Shown piece after piece: positions 24,430 to 35,430 of a stretch of 64,000 nt of DNA. The position numbers and the translations under genes are program-made. Under the pieces are notes generated by a model. That model was not told the DNA's origin. It did no database searches and worked only from the letters and a program-made list of their open reading frames with translations. How positions within the stretch are numbered: the stretch's first letter is position 1; every line of letters begins with the position of its first letter. Location: positions 95,232,001 through 95,296,000 of the forward strand of contig NC_083282.1 of assembly GCF_963506605.1 (NCBI RefSeq), written 5' to 3'. Source of the DNA: Zootoca vivipara. Its lineage: Eukaryota.

Positions 24430-24908
24430 TTCTGGCGCGCGCTGATCCGCGCAGGAAATACGGTGTCGAGTGCGCGGCGGGTCGAGTGAATACGGCCCCG
24501 CGACGGGGGGGGGAGAGAGAGAGAGACGGGGAGGGGGGTGCGGCGTGGTTCCGATTGGCCGCCTGTCCCTGGGGCCCCGCCCCTCTCTTCCCGGTCGTCA
24601 GGTGACCCGCCTGGGCCATATGAGCGCGGGTCACGCGCGCGCTCCCCCAGTTGAGCCGCCGGAGCTGCGCTGCTGCAGGTGCTGCTTCTGCTGCTGGCGT
24701 CAAGCCACGGCAAGCGGGGGCGCGGGAGTGAGGGGGGCAGGCAGGGTGGGAGGGAGGGTCAGGCTGGATGCCCTCGAGGAGCTCGGCCCGGCTGCCCTTG
24801 CAGCAGGCGCGGCGGGGTCCTTGCGCGCAGCCCGGGCGGGGCGTGCCGAGTCCCGGCTCCCGGGCGCGCTCTGAGTCTGACGGGGCGCCTCTCTCTCTCC
24901 GCTTGCAG
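24430..24908 (+). promoter_or_regulatory. CTSA: CTSA CpG-island promoter, exon 1 and intron 1
   Basis: CCAAT box (ATTGG 24554), GC box, CLEAR-like GTCAGGTGAC (24597-24606); candidate donors after 24709 (GC) or 24727 (GT). Confidence 0.7.
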
Positions 24909-25087
24909 ATGATGGCTCTTCTTCCTGCTTCTCCGCTGCTGCTGCTGCTGCTGCTATTCTGCTGCGCTGCCCAAGCGGCGCCCGCCGGGCACGAGGTCAC
25001 CTACCTGCCGGGGCTGGCCAAGCAGCCCGCCTTCAAGCACTACTCGGGCTACCTGGACGCCGAGAGCGACAAGCACCTGCACTACTG
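24909..25087 (+). CDS. CTSA: Cathepsin A coding exon (signal peptide to HLHYW)
   Basis: [10 protein letters not shown]7...[17 protein letters not shown]; AG/GT flanks. Confidence 0.95.
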
Positions 25088-25171
25088 GTAGGTGTTGCGG
25101 GGAGGGGGGGGGCTCGCTCAGGGCACCTCGGACCCTTGGGGATGCTCACCCTCCGTCCGCCTCGCTTGCAG

Positions 25172-25286
25172 GTTCGTCGAGGCGCAGGGCAACGGCGCCA
25201 GGGACAAGCCGCTGGTGCTGTGGCTGAACGGCGGGCCCGGCTGCAGCTCCATCGCAGGCCTCCTGACGGAGCATGGGCCCTTCAGG
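25172..25286 (+). CDS. CTSA: Cathepsin A exon ([14 protein letters not shown])
   Basis: Peptidase S10 signature. Confidence 0.96.
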
Positions 25287-25351
25287 GTCAGTATCCAGGA
25301 CGGATGGGGGGGGGAATCTGGTGTGCCAGGAGATCCCTTTCCCCTGGAGCA

Positions 25352-25488
25352 AGTGGCATCCCCAAACTTTGGCCCTCCAGATGTTTTGGACTACAATTCC
25401 CATCTTCCCCGACCACTGGTCCTGTTAGCTAGGGATCATGGGAGTTGTAGGCCAAAACATCTGGAGGGCTGCAGTTTGGGGGTGCCTG
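25352..25488. mobile_element. hAT-type MITE of the 136-bp family
   Basis: Homologous to 48201-48336, opposite orientation. Confidence 0.85.
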
Positions 25489-26257
25489 CTCTTGGCACTC
25501 GCCATGCCAAGGCGGGAGAGAGCGAGGCAGGGAATTCTGCATTCATATTGGAATTGCTTTTGGAGGTGTGCTTGCTGCCTTGCGCTCCTTTGGGGGGACG
25601 GGGGGAGAACAGCAGCATATGGATTTGATACAGTCGATAGCAATAATTTAGAAGCGTTCAGCTGGATCAGGCCAAAGGGGCCCCAGAACCCAGCATCCTG
25701 TTTTCCCAGGGGCTTGAGAAGCCCGCAAGCAGGGTCAGAGTGCAACACGGCCTCTCTCCTCCTGCAGCTTCCAGCATCTGATATACCGGTATATAAGTTG
25801 GCCCCAAGTGGCTATTGCCCCAACGGAATGTCTAGTTGCCATTTGGGACCAAGGCGGCTCTAAGGATGGACTGACTTGCAATTCTCAGTTAAACATCCGG
25901 CTAGTTCAGAGGAAACTCTTGAGCTAGGTTAAGAACTTTGAGAACCGAAAAAAGAAAAGTCGCTTGATCCAGAGACAGTGCACCAATATATTGGCCTATT
26001 CCGACCTCTTTCTCTGAATGGGGACTGATCCTGCTCAGGCTGCACAGAAAAAGCATTTGGGTTCCTGAATGTTCTAGTGATTGTACAGCTAGAATATAAC
26101 GGATTGAATTCTACAGAGTGGGGTAATAATGTGTTAAAACAGTCCAGATCCAAGGATCCCTGGATGGTTTCAGGCAGGCTCATTTGAAACACACAGGGGA
26201 GATTCTGTGTAGCTATCCTGACTAGTAGCCATTGCTAGCCTTATTCACCTCTTATGA

Positions 26258-26475
26258 CAGGTAGGTAGCCGTGTTGGTCTGAGTCGAAGCAAAATAAAAA
26301 AATTCCTTCAGTAGCACCTTAAAGACCAACTAAGTTGATATTTTGGTATGAGCTTTCGTGTGCATGCACACTTCTTCTGAAGAAGTGATCTGAAGAAGTG
26401 TGCATGCACACGGAAGCTCATACCAAAATATCAACTTAGTTGGTCTTTAAGGTGCTACTGAAGGAATTTTTTTAT
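26258..26475. mobile_element. Palindromic PLE mini-insertion with two degenerate hammerheads
   Basis: 14-bp TSD TTCACCTCTTATGA (26244-26257, 26476-26489); inverted arms. Confidence 0.85.
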
Positions 26476-26981
26476 TTCACCTCTTATGAATTTGTCTAAT
26501 CCTCTTTTAAAGCTGTCCACGTTTGTGGCCATGCCTGCATCTTTGAGGTTGATGCCACAATTGGCCTAGCCTTTCAGGGTGGGATGCTGCATGCCGGCCG
26601 TGGGCGACGAGAACTCAACCAGCATTTATGAGATCAGCCACCCTCCTTGTGACGAGGATGATAATCTCTTGATAGCTTGGAAGTGCAGTTGTTTCCCAGT
26701 ATCGCTCATCGCAACTCATGGCCTGTCAGCTCCCTCTGCAAAACAAATAATCTAAATTGGAAGTTAATTGGGATGATGCACCACGGGGTGACTCAGATTC
26801 GAAACCCGAATGTGTGAACTTTCTCACCGTGAGGCTGGCTGCCTCCTGATGTGCCCAGGCCTGCTCTGCCCAGAGCCTTGAAACAAGGACCTGCTGCGAT
26901 TTGGGTCACAGGAGAGGGAATCCCCTTGCCTTGTGTCGCAATAACAGCCGCTTCTCCCTCCCTCCCTCCTTCCCTCGGCAG

Positions 26982-27032
26982 ATTCAGCCTGATGGAGCCA
27001 CTCTGGGATACAACGACTATGCCTGGAACAAG
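26982..27032 (+). CDS. CTSA: Cathepsin A exon (IQPDGATLGYNDYAWNK)
   Basis: 51 nt, AG/GT, in frame. Confidence 0.93.
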
Positions 27033-27166
27033 GTGAGGCCTCCTTCCTCTCCTCTCCATCAAGGGGGTCCCTAAGAAATGCTTGTTGGGAATCAAAATAG
27101 AAGGGTGTTAAATTCTGAAAGGGCAGTCGTAGCAAAGGGTACCGTCTCCTGCCTCTGGACAGCTAG

Positions 27167-27385
27167 AGAGCGAGCCAGTCTGGTGTAGCGGTTGGAGTGT
27201 CGGAACAGGATCTGGCAGACCAGAGTTCGAATCCCCTCTTGGCCCATTGGCTGTGACCAGTCAGTGCCTACCTCACAGGGTTGTTGGTGGGAATAAAATG
27301 AGGAGGGGGGGGGGGAGAATCATGGACACTGCCTTGATCTCCGTGGAGGAAAAAGGTGGGGTACAGATGCAATGAAGTGAATGAA
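27167..27385 (+). mobile_element. tRNA-derived SINE (related copies ~36560-36690, 50380-50545, 51575-51760)
   Basis: A box TGGTGTAGCGG and B box GAGTTCGAATCC, then cctacctcacagggttgttg body. Confidence 0.7.
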
Positions 27386-27466
27386 ACCCAAGCGCTTGAG
27401 GGCAGCACCAGGTCTATGTCGCCCCCTTGTGGGTGAAAAGTGACTTGCTGTCATTGTCTCTTGCAG

Positions 27467-27553
27467 CTGGCACACATCCTGTACTTGGAGGCCCCGGTTG
27501 GGGTGGGCTACTCCTACTCTGATAGCCAAGACTACCGGACCAACGACACCGAG
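27467..27553 (+). CDS. CTSA: Cathepsin A exon ([14 protein letters not shown])
   Basis: 87 nt, AG/GT. Confidence 0.95.
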
Positions 27554-27665
27554 GTGTGTACGGTGGGGGGGGGGGACGGGGGACTGGGAGGTGGGCTCTG
27601 GGGGCTTCCCTTCCTTTGCCTGCTGTGTGCTCACTTTGCCTCTCCTCGCCCCCCCCCCACGGCAG

Positions 27666-27821
27666 GTGGCTCGAGTGAACTACCTGGCCTTGAAGGAGTT
27701 CTTGCGCCTCTACCCGGAATACAGCAGCAAAGACCTCTTCCTCACCGGGGAGAGCTACGGAGGGATCTACGTCCCCACGCTGGCGCAGTGGGTCATGCAG
27801 GACCCCAGCCTCAACTTGAAG
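27666..27821 (+). CDS. CTSA: Cathepsin A exon with catalytic Ser (GESYGG)
   Basis: 156 nt, AG/GT. Confidence 0.96.
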
Positions 27822-29029
27822 GTGTGTGTCTGCGGGGTCCTCTAGGGTGCTAGGAGGAGGAGGAGGACCACCAAGGTGCTGGAGAGAAGGGCTGGGCTGG
27901 GGATCGGTGCCTCTGCAACCTCTGCTTGAGAAAGGAGGCGGCTGCCACTCACCTGCTCTGGAGGATTTCAAGATCCTGGCGCTGAGCCTACGCTCGAAAG
28001 AGTCGTGGGTGGCAGCCGCATGAAGAGGCTCCTCGGAGGCCGCCTGGGTCACCTGTCCCGGGAGCTCCAAAGGAACCAGCAGGGGCGGAAATCCAGTCTC
28101 AGCTGGCAGCTCCTTCCAGAGGAACAAGAACAGACTCCCTTGGAAGGTGGCGGCCTCTCCTTCCTTGGAGGTTTCTAAGCAGAGTTTGGATGGCCATCTG
28201 TCATGGATGCTTGAGCTGAGATCCCTGCATTGCAGGGGGTTGGGCTAGATGACCCTGGGGGGTCCCTTCCAATCCAATCTTTGGGGAAGAGGATGGAGAA
28301 AAGTGCACAAAGGTTTGACTCTCAGACCGCTGGCATTCAAGGGTACCTAGTGGAATCTCTGGGTGGTTCAGTTCACCGCAAGGGTTGTGATGTTTAAGGC
28401 AGCTTTTGCTACCGGTAGGTCAGAGCTTCAGCAGCCACAAAAAGTGGGGCCTGTAAATCGCAGAGGCATTTTCTCACCTTAGCTTGACACGTCTGTGGAA
28501 ATTAAGTCACAAAGAAGGCAGAGTTGCCATCAGGTAACTAAGCAACAGCCTGATTGGCCAAGCAAAAAGGGACATCTCAGGCACAGAAGGAAGAAGCATC
28601 AGGGCCAGAAACTCGGCAGGAAATTGCTTCACTCGTCTTCCTAAGACCTTGTGGCTCCTTTTCACAACAGCCCCGGGAGCAAGCTTGTTTTCTCCTGCTC
28701 TGGAGGGCAAGAAGAGCTTTCTGATGGGAAGAGTTGTTGGGCAGTGGGACGGACTCCCTGGGAAGACAGTGGACTCTCCTGCCCTGGAGGTTTATAAACA
28801 GAGGTTGGGGGACCATTTTCCAGGGGGTTGGACTAGATGACCCTCAGCTCCCTTCCAGCGCTACAATTCTAGAATTCTGTGAATGTGGTTTTAACACTCT
28901 AAGCTCTCTGTTGATGTTTTGCCACCAAAGGAGAGCTCAGCTTTCCAAATGTAAGAGAAATGTGCTTCGTTTTGTGACGGCAGCCCCTTCTGGCTTCCTC
29001 GCTGACGGGGCCGTGCCTATGTTTTCCAG

Positions 29030-29121
29030 GGAATCGCAGTGGGCAACGGGCTTTCCTGCTATGAGACCAACGACAACTCCCTGGTTTACTTTGCCTACTA
29101 CCACGGCCTCTTGGGGAGCAG
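29030..29121 (+). CDS. CTSA: Cathepsin A exon ([29 protein letters not shown])
   Basis: 92 nt, AG/GT. Confidence 0.95.
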
Positions 29122-29612
29122 GTGAGAATCTGCCGGCTTGGGGGGGGGGCTGCGTCCTTAGCGCAGAAGACCGGCAGCCATTGATTTACTGTTCAATGGG
29201 GATGTAGCCTTATCAGAAGACTTGCCTGCCACGCAAGAGTTGCAAAAGGAACTTCCAAAAGACCAGGCTGAGTGGCATCCCTCTTGTTTCTTACACTGGG
29301 GAACGTGGGAGCGATTTCCCATTGCCTGCTGCACAAACAGATCTTTGGAGAGGCTAGCTCAGCAATTAATTTCCTGAGTGCAGAGATAAGAGCACACTCG
29401 GAACGTTTTAGTCGTGACGAATGTGCGATGCGAATATGTGATACTGGGAGGACAACAGCTTATGGTTCGTGTTTTTGTTTTTTGATGGGGGAAGATGGGC
29501 AGTGGGGAGGGGAGGGGAGGGGGAAAACAGGGGTCTGCTTTGGCTGGTGGGGGCCGTGGCAAAGCCCAGGGTTTTGGTGTGACGATGGTTCTGGTCCTCC
29601 CTCTTCCTGCAG

Positions 29613-29697
29613 GCTCTGGTCGGACTTGCAGGCCTCGTGTTGCTCTGGTGGGAAGTGCAACTTCCACGACAACAAGAACCTGAACTGCACTCTTGGG
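29613..29697 (+). CDS. CTSA: Cathepsin A exon ([17 protein letters not shown])
   Basis: 85 nt, AG/GT. Confidence 0.95.
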
Positions 29698-29843
29698 GTG
29701 AGTGGAGGGCGGCTGGCCAGGGCATCCCCCCCCCTGCCCCCAAACCCACTTGTGGGGCACTGCCTGGGCAGAGGAGTGGGGCTGCCCCCCCCTCTCCATA
29801 TTCTCCTGGCTGGGTCCTTGCATTTCCCCTCATCTCATTGCAG

Positions 29844-29935
29844 ATGGCGGAGGTGATCCGTATTGTGGACGAGTCCGGCCTCAACATCTACAACCTGTAT
29901 GCCCCATGTGCTGGCGGAGTGCCTGGAAGCTACAG
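29844..29935 (+). CDS. CTSA: Cathepsin A exon ([17 protein letters not shown])
   Basis: 92 nt, AG/GT. Confidence 0.95.
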
Positions 29936-30590
29936 GTAGGCTCGGCTCCTGGCAGGTTCGCTCCCCAGTGAGATTGGGGGGGGGGACTGCATTCTATTAT
30001 TATTATTATTATTTATTTGTACCCTGCCCCTCTGGCTCCCCAGCCACTCTGGGCGGCTCCCAATTGAATGTTAAACGGATACAGCATTAAATATTTTAAA
30101 CTTCCCTAAACAGGGCTGCCTTCAGATGTCTTTTAAAAATAGGATAGCTGCTTATTTCCTTGACATCTGCTGGGAGGGCGTTCCACAGGGCGGGTGCCAC
30201 TACCAAGAAGGCCCTCTGCCTGGTTCTCTGTAGCTTTGCTTCTCACAGTGAGGGAACCGCCAGAAGGCCCTCGGTGCTGGATCTCAGTGTCTGGGCTGAA
30301 CGATGGGGGGTGGAGACGCTCCTTCAGGTATACAGGGTACCGAGGCTGTTTAGGGCTTTAAAGGTCAGCATTCTAAGCAGCCACGCGGCCACACCCAACT
30401 TCAGCGCCCGCTGCCCTGCCCTGGGTGGGTGAGAGTGGCAGGAGGTGCCGGAATGACAAGCAAGAGCTGAAGCTCCGAGATTCTTCAGCTGGGGTCCCTG
30501 TGTGGCAGGGGGTTGGGCTAGATGACCATTGGGGACCCTTCCGGCTCTCCAGTGAGGTGACTCTAAGTGGGACACTTCTTTGGCTTCCAG

Positions 30591-30669
30591 GTACAATGAT
30601 GGGGTGCTGGTCAGCTACGACCTGGGCAACAACTTCATTCGGCAGCCGCTTCGTTCCTCTTGGAGGGAG
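30591..30669 (+). CDS. CTSA: Cathepsin A exon (YDLGNNFIRQP)
   Basis: 79 nt, AG/GT. Confidence 0.92.
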
Positions 30670-31026
30670 GTGAGAGCAGGGGGGGGGCACGATTCCATCT
30701 CCAATTCTGCTTGGCATCGCGGAGGGGGCAACAGGCCCAGCCCAATGCTTTCCAGTTGGGCAGACCCAGAAGAGAGAGAACTTTTTTTGGGGGGGGAGGG
30801 TGACTTGTGAGAGGACACCTGTCTCCCTTACCCCCATGAAATTGCCCCCCTCCCTCAGCCATTGCTTCCTTCCGTGGCCTAGCAAACCTGAGCATGGAAA
30901 GACTTGTGTCGTCTTGGCCGGGGTGGGGGGGTGTCACAAGGCTGCTTCTAGCAACCAGAGCAGCTCCTGGCCCCTTCAGCATCCTTCTTTTGAAATGTGT
31001 GTGTCTCTCTCCCCCCCCCCCCCAAG

Positions 31027-31175
31027 TTCCTGCTCACATTGCCGGTCGCAAGTAACAAGGCTCGCCTTGACCCCCCCTGCATCAACACCTCATCCCCCAC
31101 CGCCTACATGAACGACCCCCAGGTGCGCAAGGCCTTGCACATTGTGGACAATGCCCCGGAATGGCAGATGTGCAG
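31027..31175 (+). CDS. CTSA: Cathepsin A exon (RLDPPCINT...VRKALHI)
   Basis: 149 nt; acceptor cccaag, 5' boundary slightly uncertain. Confidence 0.88.
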
Positions 31176-31298
31176 GTGAGAGAGGACTGGGGGGGGGGGA
31201 ACGGGGGGACGGACACAGACAAAGGTGGCCTCTAGGGGAGAGGGAGGCCTTGACCACCCCTCCTAACGCTTCTCCCCCCCCCCCCCGGCCCCTTCCAG

Positions 31299-31374
31299 CT
31301 TCCCCGTCAGCCGTGGTTACAAGCGCATCTACATGACGATGAACGACCAGTACCTGAAGCTGCTCGGCACCATG
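31299..31374 (+). CDS. CTSA: Cathepsin A exon ([16 protein letters not shown])
   Basis: 76 nt, AG/GT. Confidence 0.94.
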
Positions 31375-31493
31375 GTGAGTGTGAGGAGGTGGAGGGAGCC
31401 CCCCCCCCTGTTGGGACCTGGGGGGAGATGTGGGTGGGCTGCCCCAGAGGGGCACCCTTGGGCTCCACTAACTCCAGACTGGCCCTCCCGCAG

Positions 31494-31583
31494 AAATACC
31501 GCATCCTGCTCTACAACGGGGACGTAGACATGGCCTGCAACTTTCTGGGGGACGAGTGGTTCGTGGACTCCTTGCGCCAGAAG
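31494..31583 (+). CDS. CTSA: Cathepsin A exon with catalytic Asp ([11 protein letters not shown])
   Basis: 90 nt, AG/GT. Confidence 0.96.
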
Positions 31584-33035
31584 GTGGGTTGAGCCAGGAG
31601 CCGGTGGGGGGAGGTCTGCTTGGAGGAGGTCACCACCCACGGACCCCTGTGCCTTTCAGCTCCTGCCGTCTTTTGGGAGGGGGAGCAGAGCAGGACCCCT
31701 TTCCTCCAGAAAAGGAGGGAGCCAGTTTGCAGTGCTGGCGTCCCCTTGGTGTGAACTCCCTGTCCTTCTGGAGGTTTTTTTGGGGGGGGTGATGTCTGGC
31801 TACTGCTGCCTGGGGACTGGGTTGGACTGAGGCAGAGTCATGTGTCTGCCTCCCAGAATATGCCTCAGCCGCTTCTGCGATGAACCACGATGTCCTTCGC
31901 ACAGTGCCTTGTCACACTGTGGAACTCATTGCCACAGGAGGCAGGGGAGGCCACCAACCTGGATGGCTTGAAACGAGGGTTTGACACATTCATGGAGGAA
32001 GGAGGCAGCCATGCTTCTGAATCCCAGACGCTGGAAACCCCAGGAGTGGGAGAGTCCTCTTGGGCTTGGATCCTGCTTTTGCTGCTTCCCCACAGCAGGG
32101 ACACCCACTTGGCCCCAGATGATGGGTGCTCAGTGGCACCCGCGCCAGAATGTGACGCCATGACTTCACGGTGCCCAGCGGTGCTTCTGAGGCCTGGCAG
32201 GGCCTTGGGCGTGATCTCCGAGGCCTCGCGCCTCCAAGGTGACTCCCCCCCCCCGCGCTGTGGGTGCCTGGGCCCCCAGGGCCCCCTATAGCTGGCACCT
32301 ATTTCCCACAGTGAGGACAGGGTGCTGGACTGGGTGGACCCCCTGTTGGTCTGATCCAGCAGGCTCTTCTCAGGTTCTTATGGAGCCAAATTGGGAAACC
32401 AGGAATGGAAGAACCTGGAAAGTTGGGGGCTGCCATCTTCCATATTTGTGGGGGGAATACTTTGTTCCTCTTTCCTCCTGTTAACCCAAACATTCAAGTG
32501 TTGCTCTAGGCCCAGCCTGTTTCCAGGGGCGAAGGGTCCAGAGGCTTTGCACTTGCTTTCTGTTCCACGTTTTCTCTTTCGCTTCTGCTTTCCGACACAG
32601 CAGAAGTGAGCAGCGAAATGCTGAGCCCCTTCTTGCATGTTTGGAGGAAGCCGGGTGGTTGTAATTTAACCTCAGCACCACCAGGAAGCTGGCAAGAACC
32701 TCTCCTAACCCCCACCTGAGACAGTAGTAATAGTAATAATAATAATAATTTATTATTTATACCCCGCCCATCTGGCTGGGTTTCCCCAGCCACTCTGGGC
32801 GGCTTCCAACAGAAAAATAAAATACAATAATCTATTAAACATTAAAAGCCTCCCTGAACAGGGCTGCCTTCAGATGTCTTCTAAAAATCTGGTAGTTGTT
32901 TTTCTCTTTGAGAGCGGACTCCCTCAGGTTAGAGTCCTCGGACTCTCCTCCCTGGAGGATTTTATAGCAGGGGGTTGGACTAGATGCTCCCTGGGGGTCC
33001 CTTCTGGTTCTAAGAACAGGGTCTCTGCTTGGCAG

Positions 33036-33140
33036 TTGCAAGTGGCCCGACGGCCCTGGATCTACACCGATGAGAACGGGCAGGACCAGATTGGTGGCTT
33101 CGTGAAGGAATACACCAACATCTCCTTCCTCACCGTCAAG
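33036..33140 (+). CDS. CTSA: Cathepsin A exon (RRPW...QIGGFVKEYTNISFLTVK)
   Basis: 105 nt, AG/GT. Confidence 0.95.
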
Positions 33141-33255
33141 GTAACTGGTTCCGGGTGTGTCTGTGGCTGGACTCCTGGCCAGGGCATCATTTCTGCCCCC
33201 TGGAAACCCTCGGCCACCCCTAACCCTGCTGTCTTCTCCCATCTCTGATCCACAG

Positions 33256-33339
33256 GGAGCGGGTCACATGGTGCCTTCGGACCGCCCAAGACCCGCCTTC
33301 AACATGTTCCAGCGCTTCATCACGGGGCAGCCCTTCTAG
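33256..33339 (+). CDS. CTSA: Cathepsin A last exon with catalytic His (GAGHMVP)
   Basis: 84 nt to TAG; total CDS 1440 nt = 479 aa. Confidence 0.96.
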   Translation, partial: GAGHMVPSDRPRPAFNMFQRFITGQPF

Positions 33340-33847
33340 CCCTCTAGCCTTCTGCCTCCGAGGGGAACTGCGTCCTCCGTGCGCGATGGGCCCTTTCGCC
33401 CACACCTGCTGTGCCAAGATGGCAGCTGGGACCTCCCACAGGGCCGCTTGCCCTCCGTTGCCAGGCGCTGGGGAGGCACAAGGACTCTCCCGACCCTCCG
33501 CCCTGCAGGCCGCTCTCCTGGACTTCCAGGCTGCCCTGGTGGTTGGGGAGATTCCACAAGGGACTCCCTCCTCCTCCTCCTCCTCTGCTCTTGGGGCAGC
33601 CCTTCCCTTCCCTCCCCTCCCCTCCCCTCCCCTCCCCAGCACTGCCTGTAGGGTTTTTGCACTGCCTTTGAGGAGGAGGAGGAGGAGGAGGAGAGCTGCC
33701 TCCCTCTCCCCCCCCCCCTTGCACCCCTAACGGGACCACTTCTCTCAGCCTTAGTTCTCGGTCAGTCTTGACGAATGGATCCGAATCACTGGTGAAAGAA
33801 AAGCCACTCCTGGGCTGCACCCTCACGGCTCTGGGCCGGGGCCCACG

Positions 33848-33853
33848 ATTAAA
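33848..33853 (+). terminator. Probable CTSA polyadenylation signal ATTAAA
   Basis: First canonical hexamer after the stop codon. Confidence 0.55.
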
Positions 33854-34819
33854 ACTATTTTTCTAAGGGGACTGGAGTTCTGCGTCTGTCTCTGGGGGAG
33901 CCCCGGGGGGTGGGGGCTCACCTGGCTCTGCGGCTTCTCTCCCGTTTTCCTCCCCCCTGGTGCTCTCTTGCTCTGCGTTTTGGGGGGAGGGATGGGGGCT
34001 AGAGGCTGCCCTTCTTTTCCCTGCCCCAAATGGCAGATCCTGCTCTTGACGGCTGCCAGCAATGATAGCCAAGCCCCGTCCCCACGGCTGGAGCCAGCAA
34101 TGCTTCTGAATACCGCTTGCTCGAAACCAAAGGAAGGGAGATTTCTCTTGCGGTCGGATCCTGCTTGCGGGTTTCCTACAGGCCTCTGTGGCAATGCTGT
34201 TTTTAAGTGGCTTTAGTCGAAAACACAACAGGAGGAAGCGCATTCATGTGCTTTCTCTTCCTTCTCTTCTTGCTCCTTGGCCATTTCCAGATGCTGGAGG
34301 AGGTGATGACTCAGCCGAGGCTCATTATGGGATGGCTTTTGTAGCCGGGGCAGGTTGGGCCAGCTTCCCCTGAGCTCTGGCCGCCAGGCAGCCACCCGGC
34401 TCCCCAGCTTTGCCTTCCAATAGCTGCCTTGGGTGGGGCTGGCATGCTCAAGCATGCATCTCCCCAGAGGTGGCTGCAGGTGTATCTTTTCCCTGGGAGG
34501 GCGGAGCATTTGCACCAGCTACCTGTCTCCCAATCTCATCTGTCCACAAGCCCTGGGAAATGCCTGGCATCCTGAATCCAATGCAGTGAATCTGCCTACC
34601 TTCCGGCTTTGCCCTCTCAACACACTTTAGGGTCATTCACCAAATGTTGAATCTCAGAAATGAAACAGCTTCATTTTTTAGCCACACATCAAAAGTCTTC
34701 CACTACATGTCTAAGGCCATAGTTCTAGTTACAGGTAGGTAGCCGTGTTGGTCTGAGTCGAAGCAAAATAAAAAAATTCCTTCAGTAGCACCTTAAAGAC
34801 CAACTAAGTTTTTATTTTG

Positions 34820-34857
34820 GTATGAGCTTTCGTGTGCATGCACACTTCTTCAGATAC
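34820..34857 (-). ncRNA. Minimal type I hammerhead ribozyme (core intact)
   Basis: Minus strand GTAT-CTGAAGA-A-GTGTGCATGCACAC-GAAA-GCTC^ATAC. Confidence 0.75.
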
Positions 34858-35392
34858 ACTGGAAACAGAAGCAACCAGACCCTTATATATATATTCAGAG
34901 GGTGGGGTTTCTGTCATGGGAATGGGTGATGGGCTGTAAGAGTGGTAAACCTGTTGATGGCTGTTAACGACTGGTGATTACTGCAATAGGTCCTGCGGGG
35001 GGGGGGGGGGACAAGGGCTGAGGCTAAAGAAAGCTTGATCATGCATAATGATTTCCATTTCAGCAATTTCTCTTTTCTGTAAAAAAAATTTCAGAAACAG
35101 ACTGGAAAGAGAAATTGCTGAAATGGAAATCATTACCAAGCTTAAAACCACGGAGCCACCTGGGATGAATAAAGACATAGGATTCTTATCTCATTATGCA
35201 TGATCAAGCTTTCTTTAGCCTCAGCCCTTGTCCCCCCCCCCCCCCCGCAGGACCTATTGCAGTAATCAGCAGTCGTTAACAGCAGTCGTTAACAGCCATC
35301 AACAGGTTTACAACTCCTATCAGCCCATCACCCATTCCCACCACCACCCACCCTCTGAATATATATAAGGGTCTTGTTGCTTCTGTTTCAGT

Positions 35393-35430
35393 GTATCTGA
35401 CGAAGTGTGCATGCACACGAAAGCTCATAC
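35393..35430 (+). ncRNA. Minimal type I hammerhead ribozyme (core intact)
   Basis: GTAT-CTGACGA-A-GTGTGCATGCACAC-GAAA-GCTC^ATAC; predicted cleavage between 35426 and 35427. Confidence 0.75.

Noticed and set aside
27167-27250. tRNA-like A and B boxes as a real tRNA gene
   Set aside because: No cloverleaf; continues into a multicopy SINE body
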